In this document: in pieces, positions 49,520 through 62,479 of the stretch
How positions within the stretch are numbered: the stretch's first letter is position 1
How the letters are laid out: each line of letters opens with the position of its first letter
DNA from: Mobula hypostoma
Taxonomy: Eukaryota
Direction: 5' to 3'
Assembly: GCF_963921235.1 (NCBI RefSeq)
Contig: NC_086097.1
Location: 62,436,001 to 62,500,000 of the forward strand
DNA: 64,000 nucleotides
Notes under the pieces: model-generated
Database searches by the model: none
What the model was told of the DNA's origin: nothing
The model's input: the letters and a program-made list of their open reading frames with translations, nothing else
Made by a program: the position numbers and the translations under genes

Positions 49520-50470
49520 AGTCATAGTCATAGAAAACTACAGCATAGGAACAGACCCATCGGCCCATCTAATCTAGGCTGAGCCACTTAAACTGTCTAA
49601 CCCCATTGGCCTACATCCGACCCATTACCCTCCATACCCCTCCCATCCATGTACCTATCCAAATTTCTCTTAAACGTTGAAATCGAAATCACATCCACTA
49701 CTTGCACTGGCAGCTCGTTCGACACTTTCACCACCCCCTGAGTGAAGGAGTTTACCTTCATGTCCCACTTAAATATTTCATCTTTCACCCTTAACCCATG
49801 ACCTCTAGTTTAGTTTCACCCAACCTCAGAGGAAAAAGCCTGCTTGCATTTACCCTATCTATAACCCCTCATAATTGTGTATACTCCTTTTAAATCACCT
49901 CTCAATCTTCTACGTTCTAGGGACTAAAGTTCTGACATATTCAATATTTCCTTATAACTCAGGTCTTCCAGTCCCAGCAGCATCCTTATAAATTTTCTCT
50001 GTACGCTTTCAGTCTTATCTACATCTTTCCTGTAGGTAGGTGAGCAAAACTACACGCAACAGTTCAAATTAGGCCTCACCAACATCTCATAAAATTTCAA
50101 CATAACAGCACAACCCCTGTACTCAATACTTTACTCTGTGAAGGCCAACGTGCCAAAAGCTTTCCTTACATTCCTATCTAACTGGGACTCCACTTTCAAG
50201 GAATTATGGACCTGTGTTCCCAGATCCTTTTGATTTATGTCACTCCTCTGTGTCCTAATGCTCACCACGTAACTATTCTGGTTAGTCCTCCCAAAGTGCA
50301 CACTGCACACTTGTCTGCGTTAACTTCTATCTGTCATATTTCAGCCCATTTATCCAGCTGGCCCAGATCCTACTGCAAGCTCTGGTAGTCTTCCTCACTG
50401 TCCACTACACCCCTAATCTTGGTGTCATCCGCAAAATTATTGATCCAGTTAACCATAATCTTGCTGTCCA
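49520..50470 (-). mobile_element. CR1 3' portion
   Basis: WINNFADDTKIRGVVDSEEDY; FTQGVVKVSNELP. Confidence 0.85.
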
Positions 50471-51393
50471 TAAATTCCATGCCTGCATTACTGAACAGTC
50501 CCTTGGTACTGTGGGCTCCAAGGAGACAGATAGGGCAATGTAGGAACCACAGACAGACAAAAGGAGCATATGACACCTTTGTGCGGTGTTTTCTTTGGCC
50601 ATTTATATTAAACATCTAAGAGCACCCAATGCATAAATTCAAACTTCTCAATCCTCTCCTGCTTTCTGAATACCATAGGCCAGAGTCAAAGGGAAGGAGT
50701 TTTGAGTACATCCTCTGTCTGTCAGATAATCTTCTCCCATGCTGGTAATATAGTGTTAATTATGAGAATCTGATGATGGTGCCTAATACAGTGAATGTCT
50801 CTCAGTGCTCAGTGCTGGGGATTTTGTCATGGGATTGGACATTAATGTTGGTTTGAATATCCTTCCATTGCTATTCAATTATTGAAATTTTCTGGTCCAG
50901 AGGGCTAAAGATGTAGAGTGGTTCAGCATATTCAGTGATTCAGAATGATCAAGGCTAAGTCCAATCACTAAAGACATCAGGATGTAATGATTGGTCTGAG
51001 AAAGTTAATAATTCAATGGATCAATCATAATTTTATTGGCTGACTGAGTAAGTTTGAGGGGCTTTTAGCTTCCATTACTTTCTTCATCCATTATCCCTGG
51101 GTTTGACAAGGCCACTCAACAACATCAAAGTTCAAAGTAGATTTATCAAACTGTGTAAACGTTACCACATATAACCTTCTGTTTTATTTTCTCAAAGGAA
51201 AAATAAAGGAATGCAATTGAATCTACGAAAAACCATACATAAACAAAGATTAACCACCAATTTTCTGAAGAGAAATCAGCAATAGCACAGACCACAAGAG
51301 TAAATGCAGCTACTGAGGGGAAATTGGGAATTAGAGGCCCACATAGTCCCAACCAGTTCTGATTACTAAATCATATTCAATTATTGAAATTTT

Positions 51394-51812
51394 GTACTCG
51401 TTGGAATTTAGAAGATTGAGGGGGGATCTGATTGAAACGTATAAGATCCTAAAGGGATTGGACAGGCTAGATGCAGGAAGATTGTTCCCGATGTTGGGGA
51501 GGTCTAGAACGAGGGGTCACAGTTTGAGGATAGAGGGGAAGCCTTTTAGGACCGAGGTTAGGAAAAACTTCTTCACACAGAGAGTGGTGAATCTGTGGAA
51601 TTCTCTGCCACAGCAAACTGTTGAGGCCAGTTCATTAGCTATGTTTAAAAGGAAGTTAGATATGGCCCTTGTGGCTACAGGGGTCAGGGGGTATGGAGGG
51701 AAGGCTGGGTTCTGAGTTGGATGATCAGCCATGATCATAATAAATGGCGGTGCAGGCTCGAAGGGCCGAATGGCCTACTCCTGCACCTATTTTCTATGTT
51801 TCTATGTTTCTA
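51394..51812 (+). mobile_element. Young CR1 3' fragment
   Basis: Intact YSLEFRRLRGDLIETYKILKG...GF* and a (tttctatg)n tail. Confidence 0.95.
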
Positions 51813-52021
51813 TATATATAAATATAATTAGAATTAGTAGAGATAAATGTAGATGACATGAAATTAGAAGGTATTGTTGATAGTGAAGAATATAATCACA
51901 GATTACAAGGGGATCTTGATCAGTTAAAAAAATGGACTGCTGAGTTGCAAGTGGATTTCAATACAGTTAAGTCTGAAGTGATGCATTTTGCAAAATCAAA
52001 CAGGCATAAGATTTATTATAA

Positions 52022-52252
52022 GGGGCAGTACAGTAGCATAGCAGTTAATGTAATGATATTACAGCACCAGCAGCCTGAGATCAATGCCACTGCTCGCCGA
52101 AAGGAGCTCTCCCTGTGACTGCTTAGGCTTCCTCGCGGTGCTCTGATTTCACTCCACATTCTAAAGACATATAAGCTGATGGGTTAGTTTGTCACATGGG
52201 TGCATCCGAGTGGTGCAGGCTCGAGGGCCAAATGGGCCTGTAACTCTGCTGA
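52022..52252 (+). mobile_element. V-SINE (HE1-like) inside an older CR1 fragment (51845-52460)
   Basis: tRNA-like head, V-core ggtgctctgatttcactccacattctaaagac and CR1-like tail gggccaaatgggcctg. Confidence 0.7.
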
Positions 52253-52504
52253 ATGGTAGAGCACAAGGGAGTGCAATGGAACTGGAGGTTAGGATTATAA
52301 ATGCATAGTTTTTTGAAAGTGGGGTCACAGCCAGATAGAGTGGTGAAAAGGACATTGTGCACGCTGGCCTTCAGCAGTCAGGGCATTGAGTATAGGAGGT
52401 GGAACATTATATTGCATTTCTTATAACTTGTTAGTGAGTACTGCATACAGTTCCAGTACAATGGCAGTGTACTTATTTGCAGTGGCCTCCCTAGGTCCAA
52501 CAAA

Positions 52505-53102
52505 TGGTACAAATGGGCATCTTGAAAGTTTTTCTTGTGATCAATAGATCCTGTCGGACTTTGGTAATACAAAATGCTGCATGTCCGGTTCATTAGTTTA
52601 TTGGCAATTGGCACTTCTTGGCCTCATTGTTACATGCACCAGATCCTCTTTCTGCAACATCACCTGTTATAGCCACCCAGGGGAGGAGGGGCCAGAGCGT
52701 GGGAGAGAACAGAGGTGCAGAGGGAGCAATGAAATCCGTGCTGGGTTGGGGTCTGGGCCCTGCAGACTGGCTCTCCTTGTGTTGTTGCTCTCCAGTGTTC
52801 ACTCCCTGAAAGACAAGCTGGGTTGTCTTCGTCTCTGGCTGACTCAACGCAAGATGGGGAACTGCGGCATTCTTGTTTTTGCAGAAACATGGCTCCTGGA
52901 CAATATCCCATGCACCATCAATCTTCAGGCCATGCCATTCAGGGACTTCTGGTAATCTTATTTTTGTGATTCTATGTGCTATTGTAACTGTATATGTTGT
53001 GCGTGACTGTATGCACTACACTTTGCACTTTAGCCTCGAATGAACACTGTTTCATTTAGTTGTATACATCTGTATGGTTGAATGACAATTAAACTTGAAC
53101 TT
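52505..53102 (+). mobile_element. Internally deleted Rex/Babar LINE (endonuclease N-terminus joined to the 3' tail)
   Basis: LLSSVHSLKDKL..CGILVFAETWL, then 3'UTR ending gacaattaaacttgaac. Confidence 0.65.
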
Positions 53103-53299
53103 CAGAATTTCTAGGCTTGTAAATAGCTTTACAAGGATATTGCCTTCACTAGAAGGCCTGAGTAAAAGGGAAAGGTTGGACAGGCTTGGGACAAAGGAGA
53201 ATGAGGAGGTGACCGTACAGAAATGTTTTAAATTATGAGAGGCATAATGGTGGATGGTAAGTCTTTTGCCAGGGTAGGAGAGACCCTACCCTGGCAAAA

Positions 53300-56200
53300 T
53301 TTCTTCGGTAGTTTGAACGGGGCACCACTGCGCAAGCGCGTGAAAGTCGGCCCGTAAGACAGCGGGAGAGTTTAAAAAGCAAGCAGATTAACGGAGCAGG
53401 CGACGTAGTAGTGGGCAAAGGAGTAGTGGGAAACAGAGTAGGAAGGCTTTGGCTCGAGAGGCTTCGGCGAGCAGAGGCTGAGGACGAGCTTGCTCCCAGT
53501 GAGGTAAGGCCGGGTAAGTTCCTTTAATTACTCTAATTAACTTAGGAGTAGGTAATGGAGGCAGCAGTTAGGGCAGTCCAGTGCTCCATTTGCAGTATGT
53601 GGGAAGTCAAGGCGAGCACAATTGTCCCTGATGACTACACCTGTAAAAGGTGCATCCAGCTGCAGCTCCTGACAAACTGAGTTAGGGAACTGGAGCTGGA
53701 GCTGGATGAATTTTGGATCATTCGTGAGGCAGAGGCAGAAATAAACAGGAGTTACAGGGTGATAGTCAACCCCAAAAGTCAGGAGGCAGGTAGCTGGGTG
53801 ACTGTCAGGAGAGGGAAGGGGAATAGACAGAATGAGCAGAGCATCCCTGTGGCCATTCCCATCAATAATAAGTATTTCATTTTGGATGCTGTTGATGGGG
53901 ACGACCTACCAGGGACAACATGCGGTGGTTGTATCTCTGGCACCGAGACTGGAAGGGAAGGAGGGAGAAGAGGAGAGCAGTAGTGATAGGGGATTCAATA
54001 GTTAGGGGGACAGATAAGAGGTTTTGTGGAAGAGATCGAGAATCCCAGATGGTCTGTTGCCTCCCTGGTGCCAGGGTTTGCGATATCTCGGATTGAGTTC
54101 TCAGTATTCTCCAGAGGGAGGGTGAGCAGCCGGATGTCGTTGTCCATGTAGGGACCAATGACATGGATAGGAAGAAGGACGAGGTCCTGCAAAGAGAATT
54201 TAGGGAGTTAGGTGCAAAGTTGAAGGACAGGACCTCCAGGGTTGCAATCTCAGGATTGCTACCAGTGCCGCATGCTGGTGAGGCTAGAAATAGGAAGATA
54301 ATGCAGCTAAATACGTGACTAAGGAGTTGGTGCAGGAGGGAGGGCGGGCTTCATGATTCTGGACAGTTGGATCTTGTTCCAAGGAAGATGGAACCTGTTC
54401 CGACAGGATGGGTTGCACCTGAACTGGAGGAAGACTTACATCCCTGCGGGAAGGTTTGCCAGTGCTGCTCTGGGGGGTTTAAACTAGATTTGCAGGGGGA
54501 GGGTAACCAGAGTGTTAGAGCTGATAGTGAGGTGGAGGAGGATAAAGGTCATGTGAGAACTGCAAGTATAGTGCATGGAGTAAAGCCAGATCTAACATAT
54601 AAAGAGGCTTTGAGGAAAGAGAAGCAGAATAATGGGTGTAAAGGTAGTAAGGTAGAAGGGCTAAAGTGCGTGTACCTCAATGCAAGAAGCATCAGGAACA
54701 AAGGTGATGAACTGAGAGCTTGGATACATACATGGAATTATGACGTAGTGGCCATTACAGAGACTTGGCTGGCACCAGGGCAGGAATGGATTCTCAATAT
54801 TCCTGGATTTCAGTGCTTTAAAAGGGATAGAGAGGGCGGAAAAAGGGGAAGAGGGGTGGCATTACTGGTCAGGGATACTATTACAGCTACAGAAAGTGTG
54901 GGTAATGTAGCAGGATCCTCCTTTGTGTCAGTATGGGTGGAAGTCAGGAACAGGAAGGGAGCAGTTACTCTACTGGGGGTATTCTATAGGCCCCCGGTAG
55001 CAGCAGAGATACAGAGGAGCAGATTGGGAGGCAGATTTTGGAAAGGTGCAAAAATAACAGGGTTGTTATCATGGGTGATTTTAACTTCCCTAATATTGAT
55101 TGGCACCTGATTAGTTCCAAGGGTTTAGACGGGGCAGAGTTTGTTAAGTGTGTCCAGGACAGATTCCTGTTACAGTATGTTGACAGGCGGACTGGGGGAA
55201 TGCCATACTAGATCTAATATAAGGTAACAAACCAGGTCAGGTCACAGATCCCTCAGTGGGTGAGCATCTGGGGAACAGTGACCACCGCTCCCTGGCCTTT
55301 AGCATTATCATGGAAAAGGATAGAATCAGAGAGGACAGGAAAATTTCTAATTAGGGAAGGGCAAATTATGAGGCTATAAGGCTAGAATTTGCGGGTGTGA
55401 ATTGGGATGATGTTTTTGTAGGGAAATGTACTATGGACATGTGGCTGATGTTTAGGGATAAATTTGCCCAGGTGAGGAAGATAAAGAATTGTAGGGTGAA
55501 GGAACCATGGGTTACGAGTGAGGTGGAAAATCTAGTCAGGTGGAAGAAAGCAGCATACATAAGGTTTAGGAAGCAAGGATCAGACGGGTCTATTGAGGAA
55601 TATAGGGTAGCAAGAAAGGAGCTTAAGAAGGGGCTGAGGAGAGCAAGAAGGGGGCATGAGAAGGCCTTGGTGAGTAGGGTAAAGGAAAACCCCAAAGCAT
55701 TCTTCAATTATGTGAAGAACAAAAGGATGACAGGAGTGACGATTGGACCGATTAGAGATAAAGATGGGAAGATGTGCCTGGAGGCTGTGGAAGTGAGGGA
55801 GGTCCTCAATGAATACTTCTCTTTGGTATTCACCGATGAGAGGGAACTTGATGATGGTGAGGACAATATGAGTGAGGTTGATGTTCTGGAGCATGTTGAT
55901 ATTAAGGGAGAGGAGGTGTTGGAGTTGCTAAAATACATTAGGATGGATAAGTCTCCGGGACCTGACGGAATATTCCCCAGTCTGCTCCATGATACGAGCG
56001 AAGAGATTGCTAAGCCTCTGGCTAGGATCTTTATGTCCTCATTTTCCACGGGAATGGTAGCGGAGGATTGGAGGGAGGCAAATGTTGTCCCTTTGTTCAA
56101 ATAAGGTAGCAGGGATAGTTTGGGTAATTATAGACCAGTGAGCCTTACATCTGTGGTGGGAAAGCTGTTGGAAAAGATTCTTAGGGATAGGATCTATGGG

Positions 56201-57487
56201 CATTTAGAGAATCATGGTCTGATCAGGGACAATCAGCATGGCTTTGTGAAGGGCAGATCGTGTCTAACAAGGCTGATAGAGTTCTTTGAAGAGGTGACCA
56301 GGCATATAGATGAGGGTAGTGTAGTGGATGTGATCTACATGGATTTTAGTAAGGCATTTGACAAGGATCCACATGGTAAGCTTATTCAGAAAGTCAGAAG
56401 GCATGGGATCCAGGGTAGTTTGGCCAGGTGGATTCAGAATTGGCTTGCCTGCAGAAAGCAGAGGGTCGTGGTGGAGGGAGTACATTCAGATTGGAGGGTT
56501 GTGACTAGTGGTGTCCCACAAGGATCAGTTTTGGGACCTCTACTTTTCCTGATTTTTATTAACAACCTGGACGTGGGGGTAGAAGGGTGGGTTGGCAAGT
56601 TTGCAGATGATACAAAGGTTGGTGGTGTTGTAGACAGTGTAGAGGATTGTCAAAGATTGCAGAGTGACATTGATAAGGTGCAGAAGTGGGCTAAGTGGCA
56701 GATGGAGTTCAACCCGGAGAAGTGTGAGGTGGTACACATTGGAAGGACAAACTCCAAGGCAGAGTACAAAGTAAATGGCAGGATACTTGATAGTGTGGAG
56801 GAGCAGAGGGATCTGGGGGTACATGTCCACAGATCCCTGAAAGTTGCCTCACACGTAGATAGGGTTGTTAAGAAAGCTTATGGGGTGTTAGCTTTCATCA
56901 GTCGAGGAATAGAGTTTAAGAGTCGCGGAGTAATGATGCAGCTCTATAAAACTCTGGTTAAGCCAAACTTGGAGTACTGTGTCCAGTTCTGGTCGGCTCA
57001 CTATAGGAAGGATGTGGAAGCATTGGAAAGGGTACAGAGGAGATTTACCAGGATGCTGCCTGGTTTAGAGAGTATGCATTATGATCAGAGATTAGGGGAG
57101 CTAGGGCTTTACTCTTTGGAGAGAAGGAGGATGAGAGGAGACATGATAGAGGTATACAAGATATTAAGAGGAATAGATAGAGTGGACAGCCAGCACCTCT
57201 TCCCCAGGGCACCACTGCTCAATACAAGAGGACATGGCTTTAAGGTAATGGGTGGGAAGTTCAAGGGGGATATTAGAGGAAGGTTTTTTACTCAGAGAGT
57301 GGCTGGTGCGTGGAATGCTCTGCCTGAGTCAGTGGTGGAAGCAGATAGACTAGTGAAATTTAAGAGACCACTAGACAGGTATATGGAGAAAGTTAAGGTG
57401 GGAGGGTTATATGGGAGGCAGGGTTTAAGGGTTGGCACAACATTGTGGGCCGAAGGGCCTGTACTGTGCTGTACTGTTCTATGTTCT
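53300..57487 (+). mobile_element. Near full-length CR1 LINE (CpG-rich 5'UTR, ORF1 zinc finger plus SGNH esterase, ORF2 APE-RT), inserted in an older CR1 3' fragment (53130-53283 plus 57488-57735)
   Basis: ORF1 from ATG 53555 (CSIC..CKRC, VIGDSIVRG, VHVGTND). ORF2 YLNARSI..AITETWL, NYRPVSLTS, DFSKAFD, SGVPQGSVLGP, KFADDT. ttctatgttct tail. Confidence 0.97.
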
Positions 57488-58589
57488 AAAACTTGGGGGG
57501 CACAGATTTCGGATGAGTGGGAAAAGATTAAAAAGGGGCCAGAGTGGGGGAGCATATGGAATTATCTGCCAGAAGACGTCGTTGAGGCAGGCACAATAGT
57601 ATCCTACGAGAAACCCTTAGATTGAGACATGGAAGGATGGAGTTCAGAGGGATATGGACTGAACGCAGGAAACCGGAACAGGTGGGCACCATATGTGAAA
57701 TGTACTCACTGGGCTACATCCCTGCTTGGGCTCTATAATCCACAAATGCAGACAGTTACATCATTACAGTTTATTTGCAAATTAAAGTCAACCCTAATGA
57801 ATGGGTGATTCATTCTGGAATGATAGAATGGGAAATTTGTATCATTTTAGTACAATATTAGTATGAATCACGATGAATTCTCACCTTTACTATTGCTAAG
57901 TGAACAATACAAGGCTATCTAGCATCCAAAATTGGAAGAATCACTAAATAGTACCAGAATAAGGATACATTTCATTAAATTAAGTGCATAGGAAGAGAGG
58001 TAGGGTTAGTAAATGGTGTACAGAGAAGTTCCCAATGGGTGGAGAACCAAACTTTTATTGTGGAATTTGGAGAAACATATTCACTTCCTGAATCTAAAGG
58101 AAGCCAGACTGTCTTTCTTAAGAAGTGAACATTTACCTGCTTGCTTTCCTGTCCCAGAAGAAGACTCCAACTACACTGATACGTCACACGGGCACTATTA
58201 CTTCCCACACTGGTCTCAAGTATGAAGTGTTGCATGGGCCCTGCTTCATTAGAGCTGTTTTGCACATTTCATCTAAGCCCAAGGTAATTTGGACTCATTT
58301 CTTTTTCGCCTGAATTTTTAGATTGCGATAGGTCAGAACTGGGATATAACAGAATCGACAGCCCTTCTTTCCTATCTTATTTGTCCTGCATCTGTAGGAC
58401 TCGAAGCAGGAATGGTATTTTGGATTAGACAGGATGGAGCCCAAGTGCTTATCACCATCCTGCAGCAATGATACAGCATTAAAGAAAAGTTTTTTGAAGA
58501 TACCACCAGGAATAGTGAATATTACTTTTGAAGTATGATTAGCTAGGCTGGGCGAGGCTGGCTTTCATTTCAACAATGGGAACTGAAGA

Positions 58590-60590
58590 GAGCTTTAGAT
58601 AAGAGCCCATGGTATCAGAAGAAAGATACCAAAATGGACAAAAGATTAGCTGACCTGGCAGAAGGTAGAGTGTGAGAGTAAATGACACCTTTCTGGTTTG
58701 CTGCTGGTGACTAGTGGTGTTCCACAGGGGTTAGTGTTGGATCTGATACTCAACACAATATTTGTTAATGATCTGGGCGATGGAACTAGTGTCTTTGTGA
58801 ACATGTTTGCAGATAATACAAAGATAGATGGAGGATCAGGTAGTGTTCAGGAAGCAGGTATCCATAGGACGAGCAAAGATTAGAAGAATGAGCATATGGA
58901 ACACAATATAGGGAAGTATATGACTATGGATTTTGGTAGAAGAAATAAAAGTGTAAAATATATCCTAAACAGCATGCAAATTCAGAAGTGCAAAGGGACT
59001 AGTGCAGGATTCCCCAGGGTTAACAGCAGGTTAGAGTCACTAGTAAGGAAAAGCAAATGCTATGTTAGCATTCATTTTGAGAGGTGAAGAATATAAGAGT
59101 GAGAATGTTTTGCTGAGTTTTTATAAGGCATTGGTAAGACTGCATTTGGAGTATCGTAGGCAGTTTTGGTCCCATATCTAATAAAGGATGTGCTGGCATT
59201 GAACAAGGTCCAGTGGAGGTTTATGAGGATGATTCTGGGAATGAAAAGGTTAATATGTAAGGAGTGTTTGATGGCTCTGGGCTGGATCATTAGAGTTTAG
59301 AAGAATAAGTGGCTATCTCATTGAAACCTACCAAATATTGAAAGGCCTAAATAGATTGAATGCGGACCGATGTTTCCATTACTCAAACAATTTAGAGGAC
59401 ACAGCCTCGAATAGAAGGACTTTTTTAGAACGGAAATATGGATCAATTTCTTTAGCCAGAGATTAGTGAATCTAAGGAATTCATTGCCACAGGCAGCTGC
59501 AGAGGGCAAGGCACTAGGAAATTTGAAGCAGAAGAGGATAGGTTCTTGATTAGTAAGGATGGGTTCTTAATTAGCTAGGCACAGCTCAAATGCCATCTAT
59601 ATATATGCTGATGACACAACCATTGTTGGCAGAATTTCAGATGGTTACAAGAAGGTGTACAAGAGCAAGATAGATCAGCTAGTTCAGTGGTGTATCAAAA
59701 ATAACCTAGCCCTCAGCATCAAAAAGACCGAAGTATTGATTGCGGACTTCAGAAAAGATAAGACTAGGGAATACACATCAGTCCTCATACGGGTATCAGA
59801 AGTGGAAAACATGTGGAATTTCAGGTTCCTGGGGTGTCAACATGTCTGGAGATCTATCCTGGGCCCAGCATATTGATGCAATTACAAAGGAGGCATGACA
59901 ACAGCTATATTTCATTAGGAGTTTGAGGAGATTTGGTATGTCACCAAAAACACATGCAAATTTCTACAAGTATACTGTGGAGACCATTCTAACTGGCTGC
60001 ATCACTGTCTGGTATGGGGGTTGAGCACTGCACAGGATCGAAATAAGCTGCAAAATGTTGTAAACTCAGTCAGCTAGATTATGGGCACTAGCCTCCCCAG
60101 CATCCAGGACACCCTCAAGAAGTGATGCCTTAAAAAGGGGACATCAGTCATTAAGGACCCCATCACTTAAGAAATGCGCTCTTCTCATTGTCACCACTAG
60201 GAAGAAGATGCCGAAGCTTGAAGGCACAAAGTCAATAATTCTCGAACAGCTTCTTCCCTCGGCCATCAGATTTCTGAATGGACATTGAACCCATGAACAC
60301 TACCTCACTACTTTTTTAAAACTACTTTTGAACTATATTTTTTTTTTCACTGTAATTAACAGTTTTATTATTACGTATTTCAAAGTAATGCTGCCACATA
60401 ATATCAAATTTCATGACATTTGGCAGTGATATTAAATGTGATTCAGATTCTAATGTCAAAGGTTACAGGGAGAAGATGGGAGAATGGAGTTGAGAGGGAG
60501 AATAAATCAGCCAAATCAAATGGCAGAACAGATTTGATTGGGCAAAAGGACTTTTCTGCTGCTATATCATCTGATCTTATGGTCTACAGA
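58590..60590 (+). mobile_element. Old CR1 3' half interrupted by a Rex LINE
   Basis: VTSGVPQG..MFADNTK. The 3'UTR resumes at ~60454 (tgtcaaaggttacagggagaag). Confidence 0.8.
59575..60452 (+). mobile_element. Rex/Babar 3' fragment
   Basis: ADDT..KTEVLIADFRK..FRFLG..NSFFP and a (gattca)-type tail. Confidence 0.85.
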
Positions 60591-60771
60591 TGGAGCATGT
60601 ACAATTATTAATACTGTGGAGTGATCAAGAAGTAGGGAACATAGAATTAAGCTAATTGTTGTTAGGATTAGAAGAGGCTTGGGGGAAAATGGCCAAAATG
60701 GTTTCTGGAACATATTAATTAATTGTAAAGTGGAGCTAGAACCCCTAATTGCTCTTGAAATGTACCTAGCT

Positions 60772-61782
60772 CAAAGATTCAAAGGTTCATTTATTATCAA
60801 AGTATACAACTCTGAAATTCTTCTTCTCCAAGTAGCCATGAAAGCAAGACAGAAAAGTAAAGAAAGACAGCACAATTATCCACCCCAAAAAAGCGAACAA
60901 AAATGGAACAAGCACATGAACCCCAAGTTACCCTTCCCCACAAAAAACAAAAACGAAACAAGCATGTCACCAATCCTACCCCCCCAGGTCCCTCCTTTGG
61001 CACAAAAAAATGAACAAAATGGAAAATGGATCAGGCCACCAAATCCCACTCCCCGCACAAAAAAAACAAGAATGATCAGCTGAAAAACACAGAATACAAA
61101 AAACTGTAAAACTGAAAAAAAAAATCTATAGTCCAAGTCCACATCCAAAATGCAGAAAACCTAGATAATATTCTCTGGGCACAGCAGCAGACTTGACCCT
61201 CTCTGGTAGTGTAGCAGAGTGATCTCCAGTGATAAAAAGTCAGGCAGCTGGTGCTCACCTTCCGCGTTCGCCTCAATGTTTCAATATCATTCTTCGCTTT
61301 AAGCAGTGAAATAGGACCAAATGTTGGCTCATGTCCCATCCCACAGCCTGTCTGCTATGAGCTTTACGCGCACTGCCTCTGCCTGCCAGAATCCTCTTGG
61401 AAGCTGCAGAGCACTGAAGCACACAAACAATCACCAAACTTCTGCATTCGCCTCAACGTTTCAATCTTCCTCATCGTTTAATCTGCAAACAATGGAAGCT
61501 TTGATCAGAAAATGGAGCTGAACATTGGTTCATGCCCTGTCTAGCAGCCTGCCTACCATGAGGCTCGTGCACACAGCCTCAGCCTCCTGGAGTCTACAGA
61601 GAACTGGAACACCCAAACAATCTCCAAATAGCAAATCACAGGCTCCAACAGTTCCAGAATCACATCCAAGACGAAAAACAAACATAAAAAGACATTAAAG
61701 AAGTGAAATATATAGTTTCATGATGTATCTGGAAGATGTCGACTAAAGGAGCGTGGTATGCTGGCGCTATCTTGACGGGAAG
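60772..61782 (-). mobile_element. Non-coding retroelement with CTTCC(G)GTCAAGATGGCGCC-like head, internal tandem duplication and Rex-type tail
   Basis: Minus 5' end cttcccgtcaagatagcgcc. Two ~185-bp related units at 61260-61439 and 61440-61628. Tail aataaatgaacctttgaatctttga. Confidence 0.6.
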
Positions 61783-62164
61783 ATAGTTGGGTATGGGATT
61801 AGTCTGAGTAGCTCTTTTTCAGCCTCATGCAATGCATGACCCAAGTTACTTCCCTCTGTATTTCTAAATTTTTATGCTTCTTTGATTCTAATTAACTTTG
61901 TCTCCTGCAGCAAAGTAAATGGTCTTATGTAATTGTCTTCGGTACGTGAGCCTTTTTCAGTCATTCCTCATCAGATTATCCAGTACTGAACTGCTGCATT
62001 GCACAACGGCTTTGCAGAAATATTTGGCACTGAAAGAAAAAGTACTGAATTAACATGAAGTGTCTAATGCTCTGAACCTTAAGGTGATATAAAAGTGAAC
62101 ATATCAATAGGGCCATATAATTTAATAAACAGTATTTGAATATTAATAAAGTAGATTAAAAAAA

Positions 62165-62360
62165 ACAAAATATTACAAATCCTAGAAATCAGATACAAAG
62201 AAAGCAACTGCTGGTAAAAGCTCTGCAGCTGAGGAGGCATCAGTGAAGAGAGAAGCTGAATTAATATTTTAAGTTGATATAAAATCATTAACCAAAAGTG
62301 CTAAATCTGTTTCTCTCTCCACTGATGTTCTCTGACCTGCTGGGCATTGAGTATTTTCAG
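62165..62360. mobile_element. Old palindromic Penelope-tail remnant
   Basis: catcagtgaagagagaagc...gtttctctctccactgatg inverted arms. No clear TSD. Confidence 0.5.
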
Positions 62361-62479
62361 TAATTCTTACTTCTTTTGTCAACATTGTTAATTAAATTAC
62401 TGAATACAAAAGTCTCTATTAAATGAAAAATCAAAAAACTCACAAGCCAAATGTCTTGAAAATATAGCAATTGCACTGA

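Noticed and set aside
55366..56830. Long minus-strand ORFs over the CR1
   Set aside because: Antisense shadows of ORF2 with no independent motifs.
57975..58313. Overlapping short ORFs and a minus-strand donor-like gcag/gtaaat as a host exon
   Set aside because: No recognisable protein similarity and no convincing acceptor or open frame.
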